Source: an uncultured Alphaproteobacteria bacterium (GTDB lineage Bacteria > Pseudomonadota > Alphaproteobacteria > Rs-D84). Taken from it: a stretch of 32,000 nucleotides of DNA. The stretch covers positions 660,001-692,000 of the forward strand of contig OZ007020.1 of the NCBI GenBank assembly GCA_963931495.1, in the 5' to 3' direction. A program made the position numbers and the translations under genes. This document shows, piece by piece, positions 1 through 6,727 of this stretch. Below the pieces are notes generated by a model, which ran no database searches, had not been told where the DNA came from, and saw nothing but the letters and a program-made list of their open reading frames with translations. Positions within the stretch are counted from its first letter, which is position 1. Every line of letters begins with the position of its first letter.

Positions 1-1
1 A

Positions 2-1058
2 CTTTTAGCCCAGATTTCCGACGACATTTCTGCCGTCAGGGGGTTTCTTTGACCCAGAAAAATTACAGAATCAAATTGACGCATTGGTCGTTCAATCAAA
101 TGACCCAGAATTATGGAGCAACCCTGACAATGCGCGCAGTGTGTTGCAAAAAAAATCTGGCCTGGAACGGTCGTTAAGCGAATTACGTAAACTAGAATCA
201 GATTATGCAACATTATCTGAACTGTACGCGATTGCCCCAGATGATAAAGATGTAATTAATGAAATAGAAAATCTGGCCAATGCCGCGCACCAGGCGAAAT
301 TCATAACGCTGTTTCGGGAACCGGCGGATGAAAATAATGCGTTCCTGTTTATCCAGGCGGGCGCCGGTGGAACCGAAGCCCAAGATTGGGCACAAATGCT
401 GGCGCGTATGTATGCACGATGGGCCGAACGCCATGGATTTTCGTGTGATGTTATTGAAGAACATCCTGGCGATACGGCTGGTATTAAAAACATAACATAT
501 CGTATTGTTGGAAATCGTGCATATGGGTGGTTAAAAAATGAAATTGGTGTTCATCGTCTGGTGCGTATTTCGCCGTTTAATGCAAATGGCAAACGTCAAA
601 CAAGTTTTGCATCAGTGGATGTATGGCCGGATGTTGATGATTCTATACACATTGAAATAAATGACAAAGATTTACGCATTGATACATATCGGTCGTCTGG
701 GGCCGGCGGACAACATGTTAACAAAACAGACAGCGCGGTGCGCATAACACATCTGCCAACGGGGGTTGTTGTTACATGTCAAAATGAACGCAGTCAAATT
801 CAAAACAAAGAAATGGCGATGAAAATGTTGCGCAGCCGTTTGTATGAACTGGAATTACAGAAACGCGCCGAAGCAGAAAATGCCGCCCTGGCCCAGCAAA
901 AGAAAATTGAATGGGGCAGCCAAATCCGCAACTATGTTTTATACCCGTATCAATTGGTCAAAGATGTTCGCACTGGTGTTGAAAAAACTGATTCTGGGGC
1001 GGTTTTAGATGGCGATTTGGATGATTTTATGTTGGCCTGTTTGCAACGAAATCAATAA
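2..1058 (+). CDS. prfB: Peptide chain release factor 2, 5'-partial; two frames joined by a programmed +1 frameshift (2..49 then 51..1058)
   Basis: The frame starting at nt 2 reads LLAQISDDISAVRGFL and then hits UGA at 50-52. A +1 shift at CUU-UGA-C continues as DPEKLQNQIDALVVQSNDPELW into the 84..1058 ORF. The protein carries the RF2 hallmarks SPF (SPFNANGKRQTSF) and GGQ (SSGAGGQHVNKT). The N-terminus lies upstream of the window. Confidence 0.93.
38..53 (+). promoter_or_regulatory. prfB +1 frameshift cassette: SD-like AGGGGG (38-43), spacer UUU, slippery CUU (47-49), in-frame UGA (50-52), C (53)
   Basis: The sequence AGGGGGTTTCTTTGAC has the same architecture as the classical autoregulatory RF2 recoding site (AGGGGGUAUCUUUGAC in E. 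coli). Confidence 0.9.
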
Positions 1059-1095
1059 TTCCTGCTTGTTAAATAAATAATAAAAATTAATCAGA

Positions 1096-1920
1096 ATGCG
1101 TTCACACATAAAAATGTCAAAAACAGAAAATATTTTTTCAATCGTTCGCAGTGTTATGCCGTATGCGTATGACATTCGTTATCCGAATATACCCGGATGT
1201 TTGAACAGTGTTGCTATTGCGCGTTCAAAACATGGTGAATTTGTGTTCAAGATAAATCATCATGACATGGCGAATAAAAATGCGGTGGTTTCGGAATTAT
1301 TGAACGATGGCGGAATACATGTTCCGCACGTAACTGTGCATACGTATAACGCAACGTGTTTTGAAAAGTACCGAATTATCCCAGGTCGCACATTATACGA
1401 ATGCATGGGTGACATGTCATATGAACAAATTCATGCGATATATGCCTGTGTCGTCAGAAACTTTGCCAAGATGTCGCGTATTGATTGGACAGCGGTAAAA
1501 GATATGCCGTGCAAATATATGCACCAGGTTGCGAAATATAATGTTTCTGATGTTAATAATCCTGTTATGGGAAAATTGTTTTCTGGGGCGGTTCGGGCCA
1601 TGAACATGGGGAACGCGGACGATATTGGATTGTATCATTGTGGGCTGACCCCGGAAAATATCATCGTTGATAACGATGGACATTTTTCCGGTATCGTTGA
1701 TTTAGACGAAGTCGCGATATCAAATCAAAATTATGCATTTGCAATTATGGCGGCAAAATATCAAAAAATGGGTTTTGATAGTTCTGAATTAATAGATTAC
1801 TATGAAAAAATCAGCAATAAAAAACTTAATCGTCATCATATTGATACCATGTGCAACATAACCAATGTTGGTAAATACTTGATGTGGCGCATGTCGCATA
1901 TTCGTGGCAATACGAAATAG
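1096..1920 (+). CDS. Kinase-fold phosphotransferase (aminoglycoside/choline-kinase-like family); the catalytic-loop Asp appears to be substituted
   Basis: YHCGLTPENIIV...GIVDLDEVAISNQNYAFA matches the H-G-D-x4-N ... I-D-x-E/D pattern of APH-type phosphotransferases, but reads H-C-G instead of H-G-D. The start (ATG 1096 versus ATG 1114) is unresolved and there is no clear SD. Confidence 0.55.
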   Translation: MRSHIKMSKTENIFSIVRSVMPYAYDIRYPNIPGCLNSVAIARSKHGEFVFKINHHDMANKNAVVSELLNDGGIHVPHVTVHTYNATCFEKYRIIPGRTLYECMGDMSYEQIHAIYACVVRNFAKMSRIDWTAVKDMPCKYMHQVAKYNVSDVNNPVMGKLFSGAVRAMNMGNADDIGLYHCGLTPENIIVDNDGHFSGIVDLDEVAISNQNYAFAIMAAKYQKMGFDSSELIDYYEKISNKKLNRHHIDTMCNITNVGKYLMWRMSHIRGNTK

Positions 1921-1933
1921 CATGTTATAATTC

Positions 1934-1961
1934 TTGCATTCTGGTTGTATATATTTATAAT
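1934..1961 (+). promoter_or_regulatory. Sigma70-type promoter for tRNA-Arg (TTGCAT-N16-TATAAT)
   Basis: TTGCAT lies at 1934-1939 and TATAAT at 1956-1961. The tRNA 5' end is 12 nt downstream. Confidence 0.5.
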
Positions 1962-1972
1962 AGGTGTGTTTT

Positions 1973-2049
1973 GCACCCGTGGCTTAACTGGATAGAGCAT
2001 CGCCCTCCGAAGGCGGGGATTGCGCGTTCGAATCGCGCCGGGTGCGCCA
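1973..2049 (+). tRNA. tRNA-Arg (anticodon CCG)
   Basis: A 77-nt cloverleaf: acceptor GCACCCG/CGGGTGC, anticodon stem TCGCC/GGCGG with loop CTCCGAA (anticodon CCG), T-arm GCGCG-TTCGAAT-CGCGC, and an encoded CCA. Confidence 0.92.
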
Positions 2050-2056
2050 GAAATTC

Positions 2057-2078
2057 AACCGCCGCATGGCGGTTTTTT
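2057..2078 (+). terminator. Intrinsic terminator after tRNA-Arg
   Basis: AACCGCC-GCAT-GGCGGTT hairpin followed by TTTT. Confidence 0.7.
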
Positions 2079-2203
2079 AATTTATGTTACGCAACCCGCG
2101 ATTTGGACGCGCACGCGTTTGACAACGAGTAGTTGAAAACAAACGCAGTGCAGTTTGAAACGTAACGAATGCCCCACAGCCGACACGACCGTGTCGTGCG
2201 AGG

Positions 2204-2257
2204 GAATCGCGCCGGGTGCGCCAGAAATTCAACCGCCGCGTGGCGGTTTTTTAATTT
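2204..2257 (+). repeat. Second copy of a 54-bp direct repeat (first copy 2030..2083) made of the tRNA-Arg 3' end (T-arm 3' half, acceptor 3' strand, CCA) plus its terminator
   Basis: GAATCGCGCCGGGTGCGCCAGAAATTCAACCGCCGC(A/G)TGGCGGTTTTTTAATTT occurs at both positions, offset by 174 bp. The single mismatch (2065 a versus 2239 g) is in the terminator loop. No matching tRNA 5' half precedes the second copy. Confidence 0.9.
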
Positions 2258-2487
2258 TAATATTTACGCTTTGTATTATGTCGCACAGCCAGCATCACCA
2301 TGCCATGATATGCGATTTTTTCCAGTACTGATTCTGGAATTAATCGTTTGCCACTTTCGTATCGGGTCAAATCACGACGTGATATCCCCATAATTCGGGA
2401 CATTTCATGACGTTTTATATGCGCACATTTACGTGCACGACGTATTATTTGACCATAGTATGCATTATCAACCAATACAACAGACAT
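2257..2487 (-). CDS. Small XRE/Cro-type helix-turn-helix protein, 76 aa (paralog A)
   Basis: YGQIIRRARKCAHIKRHEMSRIMGISRRDLTRYESGKRLIPESVLEKIAY fits the HTH_3 pattern. The ORF is intact in both repeat copies, with 1 synonymous and 3 conservative changes. The RBS-like run GGGGGGAATAAACA precedes the ATG at 2487. Confidence 0.7.
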   Translation of the reverse strand: MSVVLVDNAYYGQIIRRARKCAHIKRHEMSRIMGISRRDLTRYESGKRLIPESVLEKIAYHGMVMLAVRHNTKRKY

Positions 2488-2667
2488 TGTTTATTCCCCC
2501 CATATGTTTTGTTAAACAAAATACCGCCGTGATTAAGGGCGGTTGGAGGCTCAAAGCTATTAACAGTAATAGTGTTGCTTATTTGTATATTCGCAACCCT
2601 CCAACCCATGTTGGAGTGTTTCTGTTAAGAGGTTTTGAGACCCCGCATCGGTAATCGGCCAATGCAA
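2488..2667 (-). promoter_or_regulatory. Structured leader or small RNA upstream of HTH paralog A, with mutually exclusive helices and an intrinsic terminator (attenuator-like)
   Basis: On the minus-strand RNA, CUCCAAC (2616-2610) or CCUCCAACC (2549-2541) can each pair with GGUUGGAGG (2606-2598). The second of these shares 3 nt with terminator arm ACCGCC (2543-2538), which pairs with GGCGGU (2528-2523) and is followed by AUUUUGUUU. The TSS is inferred from the promoter at 2700-2673. Confidence 0.45.
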
Positions 2668-2672
2668 GGCAT

Positions 2673-2700
2673 ATTATATCATATCTGAAACAGAATGCAA
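2673..2700 (-). promoter_or_regulatory. Sigma70-type promoter (TTGCAT-N16-TATAAT) driving the leader and HTH paralog A
   Basis: On the minus strand TTGCAT lies at 2700-2695 and TATAAT at 2678-2673. Homology between the two repeat copies starts essentially at the predicted TSS. Confidence 0.5.
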
Positions 2701-2777
2701 ACAATTGCAGATTTTTTATTGTTTTGATTTATAATTTTTGTTTACACTGGTGGTGTGTGAAATTATGGGACGCATAA

Positions 2778-3245
2778 ATGAAAGTCTGGCTAGTACTGTT
2801 TACCGTGGTGTCATTGGTCGCATGTAACAGTGTGTATTATGAACCGAATTCTTTGGATGTAACACAAACGTTTTATTCTGATCGTGGCGGTTTTTCAATG
2901 AAACGTGGCATCAAAGAAAAAATGCTGGCACGCGGGTATAATGTTGTTGTTGGGACGGCGGAATCCAGTCGTGGAATTGCCACAGACACAGATAACATAG
3001 AAATAGATTCAGCAGTTATCCCACATGACGTGCGCTATATTGTAAAGGTCAGTGAACGTCGCGAAAAATTTAATCCGATATGGTGCGCGTTTAATGGATT
3101 TTGGTGGTGGAATTTTAATGTTTCTGTGGCGGATCAGAAAACGGGGCAAGAAATAATGTCGTGGCGCGGACGTGGTTGCGAAGACAGTTCGCTGCGAACC
3201 CTGGATGATATTCTTGATGATATGGAGGTAAAAAATGAACAATGA
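2778..3245 (+). CDS. Putative lipoprotein (155 aa)
   Basis: The signal peptide ends in the lipobox L-V-A-C (MKVWLVLFTVVSLVAC). I recognised no family. Confidence 0.6.
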   Translation: MKVWLVLFTVVSLVACNSVYYEPNSLDVTQTFYSDRGGFSMKRGIKEKMLARGYNVVVGTAESSRGIATDTDNIEIDSAVIPHDVRYIVKVSERREKFNPIWCAFNGFWWWNFNVSVADQKTGQEIMSWRGRGCEDSSLRTLDDILDDMEVKNEQ

Positions 3246-3657
3246 TGAAATTCAATCAGTCATTGATGTTGTGCGTGCGTGTCCGGATGTCCAGTTGTGC
3301 ACAATTCGTATGGATGGATATCCAGAAACACGTCATGTAATGAACGCAATGAATGATGATGTCAGTACACTGGAATTACATTTCTTAACAGGATGCGACA
3401 CACCGAAATTGAAACAAATTATCCAGAATCCAAACTGCTGTTTGTATTATTTTAATCCAGAAAATCGTCATGCGGTACGTTTGTTTGGTGAAATCGCCCC
3501 AGTAACAGATATGGCCATACGTCGTGAATATTGGCGCGATGATTATAAACAGTTTGGGTATACGGGTGCCGATGATCCAGAATATACACTGTTAAAATTT
3601 ACACCAAAATTATATAAATTTTATGATGCAGATGGATTAAAATCAGGTATGCTTTGA
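3235..3657 (+). CDS. Pyridoxamine 5'-phosphate oxidase-like (FMN-binding split-barrel, general-stress-protein-26-like) protein
   Basis: A GGAGG RBS at 3224-3228 precedes the ATG at 3235. Size and overall pattern (..LCTIRMDGYPETRHV.. ..LYYFNPENRHAVRLFGE..) fit PNPOx-like proteins. The assignment is by eye only. Confidence 0.55.
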   Translation: MNNDEIQSVIDVVRACPDVQLCTIRMDGYPETRHVMNAMNDDVSTLELHFLTGCDTPKLKQIIQNPNCCLYYFNPENRHAVRLFGEIAPVTDMAIRREYWRDDYKQFGYTGADDPEYTLLKFTPKLYKFYDADGLKSGML

Positions 3658-3660
3658 TGT

Positions 3661-3692
3661 AAAAAAAATCCCGCATTCGCGGGATTTTTTTT
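3661..3692. terminator. Bidirectional intrinsic terminator between convergent genes
   Basis: A8-ATCCCGC-ATTC-GCGGGAT-T8. It sits between the stop of the 3235..3657 gene and the rubrerythrin stop. Confidence 0.8.
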
Positions 3693-4314
3693 AGTCGTCA
3701 ATTTTTGCGTATTCACAAAAACCTTCGTTCGTGTCACAACGTGAAATTGTGCCTTCGCTGATAAAATATCCCTGGGGATGCAGACATGCGGGGCATACCT
3801 TTGGCGCTTCGGTTCCGATGTGCCACATACCACAGTTTGTGCAACGCCACATAACAATTTTATCTTGCTTGAACAATGTGCCGTTTTCAATCGCATCAAT
3901 TAACGCGCGATAGCGTGATTCGTGATAGCGTTCGGCATATCCGATATTTTTTAACACTTCGGCAATTGAATCAAAACCTTCTTGGGCAGCAATTTGCGCA
4001 AATTTTGGATACATATTTGTGTTTTCTTCGTGTTCACCGTATGCGGCCGCCTGCAAATTTTCCAGTGTGGTGCCAATTTTGCCCGCCGGATATGATGCGG
4101 TGATTTCTAAATCGCCCCCTTCCAGGAATTTGAACAAACGTGATGCGTGTTCTTTTTCTTGTTCGGCCGTTTCTAAAAATATTTTGGAAATTGCCTGGAA
4201 TCCTTCGTCTTTGGCGCGTGATGCAAAGAATGTATAGCGGTTACGTGCCTGGGATTCACCGGCGAACGCAATTAACAGATTTTTTTCTGTTTGTGTTCCT
4301 TTTAATGACGTCAT
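3691..4314 (-). CDS. rbr: Rubrerythrin
   Basis: MTSLKGTQTEKNLLIAFAGESQARNRY is followed by diiron E-x-x-H motifs (ETAEQEKEHA) and a C-terminal rubredoxin-like C-x2-C...C-x2-C (CTNCG...CPAC). The start is set at ATG 4314 because GGAG lies 8 nt upstream. The ORF-track N-terminal extension to 4389 is rejected. The protein has a roughly 22-aa C-terminal tail with 2 extra Cys. Confidence 0.9.
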   Translation of the reverse strand: MTSLKGTQTEKNLLIAFAGESQARNRYTFFASRAKDEGFQAISKIFLETAEQEKEHASRLFKFLEGGDLEITASYPAGKIGTTLENLQAAAYGEHEENTNMYPKFAQIAAQEGFDSIAEVLKNIGYAERYHESRYRALIDAIENGTLFKQDKIVMWRCTNCGMWHIGTEAPKVCPACLHPQGYFISEGTISRCDTNEGFCEYAKIDD

Positions 4315-4380
4315 ATTCTGTTCTCCTTTGTTTACTGCTTTAATATGATTTGCGTCCCAGATGTTAACAAATAATATCAT

Positions 4381-4405
4381 AAAAATCAAATCTTATCGGG
4401 AATGA

Positions 4406-4417
<12 letters not shown>
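4381..4417 (-). terminator. Probable intrinsic terminator of the obg-downstream operon
   Basis: On the minus strand, a UCGGGAA-8nt-UUCCCGA hairpin (4417-4396) encloses the stop codon at 4408-4406 and is followed by a U-rich stretch (UAAGAUUUGAUUUUU). Confidence 0.45.
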
Positions 4418-5924
<1,507 letters not shown>

Positions 5925-5932
5925 TTAAAAAC

Positions 5933-5960
5933 TTGCATTTGCCACTAGAAATATTATAAT
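5933..5960 (+). promoter_or_regulatory. Sigma70-type promoter for ssrA (TTGCAT-N16-TATAAT)
   Basis: TTGCAT lies at 5933-5938 and TATAAT at 5955-5960. The predicted TSS near 5967 would give an acceptor piece of about 81 nt. Confidence 0.55.
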
Positions 5961-5966
5961 TATCCA

Positions 5967-6380
5967 TGTCGCATGTGCGATGATGATTCTGAATCCGTTG
6001 CGGAATAGTCGTTTTGGACTGGGGGGCGGTACCCCACAGCTCCACCATTTTAAGATTCAGAAAAATGATTATAAATATACTGACTGGCGCGGATTGTTTT
6101 CAGTACGTCAGGCGTGTGTTTATAATCATTTTTATGGGGCTGACATAGTTTCGACAGGCGCAGTAAAGGCAAATCGGGTGAATCCGACATGGCGTCGTTA
6201 AAAGCCGAATAAAAACTGAATGGCGATAGAATCGCTGCGAACGACAATGTTCGCCTTGCAATGGCTGCCTAAATTGGCGTTTGGATGTAATCGGCAATTG
6301 TTGATTATGTCCGTTTAGCCTATTGCGGGGCCCCTGGGGGTGCCCGGCAACAGAAACCCCCAGATTGATAATTTTTACAA
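5967..6380 (+). ncRNA. ssrA: tmRNA, circularly permuted two-piece type (acceptor piece to 6047, intervening segment 6048-6135, coding piece from 6136)
   Basis: The T-arm is UGGGG-GGCGGUA-CCCCA (6020-6036), followed by CAGCUCC-A-CCA ending at 6047. GGGGCUG at 6136 is complementary to CAGCUCC and includes a G3:U pair (alanine identity), and GUUUCGAC follows. The tag ORF at 6234-6272 encodes (A)ANDNVRLAMAA-stop. The 3' boundary is approximate. Confidence 0.85.
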
Positions 6381-6399
6381 CTAACAAAGGGCTGAAAAC

Positions 6400-6630
6400 A
6401 TGTTTGGAAAAGTGAAGAAAATATTTTTTACCGGTATCTTTGGGTTCTTGTATATTTCTTTTATCGCACAGATTGTCTATATTCTGGGTTGGGTGCCGGG
6501 GTTTGATACAAAATTAACCTATATGGGGCTGATTGCGTTTGAATGGTTGGCGTTAATTGCGGCACGTTATCTGTCAAAACGGTCCAGCAGCAGCGCCCAG
6601 TACAACGGATATAACGGTCGTCGTCGTTAA
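6400..6630 (+). CDS. Small hypothetical membrane protein (76 aa, two hydrophobic segments)
   Basis: The ATG is preceded by AAGGG. Two TM-like stretches are present (IFFTGIFGFLYISFIAQIVYILGW and LIAFEWLALIAARYL). A clean terminator follows at 6659-6682. Confidence 0.4.
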   Translation: MFGKVKKIFFTGIFGFLYISFIAQIVYILGWVPGFDTKLTYMGLIAFEWLALIAARYLSKRSSSSAQYNGYNGRRR

Positions 6631-6658
6631 TAATTGTATTGTTCCGTGACGATTAATG

Positions 6659-6682
6659 GTTCCCGGAAACGGGAACTTTTTT
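6659..6682 (+). terminator. Intrinsic terminator
   Basis: GTTCCCG-GAAA-CGGGAAC followed by T6. Confidence 0.8.
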
Positions 6683-6688
6683 ATACCC

Positions 6689-6717
6689 TTGAAAAACAAT
6701 AAAAAAATTCTTATATT
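6689..6717 (+). promoter_or_regulatory. Candidate promoter of the Lon-like gene (TTGAAA-N17-TATATT)
   Basis: The -10 element ends at 6717 and the ATG is at 6728 with no SD. This implies a very short or absent 5' UTR. Confidence 0.4.
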
Positions 6718-6727
6718 TAGAAACGCT

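Larger units (their letters stand above)
2257..2675. repeat. 419-bp dispersed repeat, copy A (leader plus HTH gene); the partner is 10902..11320
   Basis: Colinear alignment at a constant offset of 8645 bp with no indels and 16 substitutions (about 96% identity). Confidence 0.95.

Noticed and set aside
2552-2568. The idea that the variable loop is a T-box-like specifier matching the neighbouring tRNA (CGG/CCG triplets occur in the copy B loop).
   Set aside because: The CGG/CCG triplet is in the copy next to the CAT-anticodon tRNA, not the copy next to tRNA-Arg. Copy A has no matching codon, and no T-box consensus or NCCA-binding bulge is visible. I treat this as coincidence.
2440-2609. A minus-strand ORF starting at the AUG in the 1:2 hairpin loop (MGWRVANIQISNT...).
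   Set aside because: It is open for about 56 codons in copy A. In copy B it is closed by a stop after 19 codons (…AAT AGT TTC TAG), so it is not conserved as coding.
2433-2654. A plus-strand 73-aa ORF conserved in both repeat copies (also 11078-11299).
   Set aside because: It starts antisense inside the HTH gene, has no RBS and no recognisable features. Its openness is largely a consequence of the 96% identity of the copies. The region is better explained by minus-strand RNA structure plus a terminator. It is not fully excluded because the variable patch keeps the frame open.
6656-6727. ORF-track N-terminal extensions: Lon from 6656, helicase to 10765, rubrerythrin to 4389, giant gene from 23130 and ybaK to 31398.
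   Set aside because: The extensions run through a terminator (6659-6682) or a tRNA promoter (10757-10784), or lie upstream of clear RBS and start pairs. They add hydrophobic or odd residues that are absent from the families.
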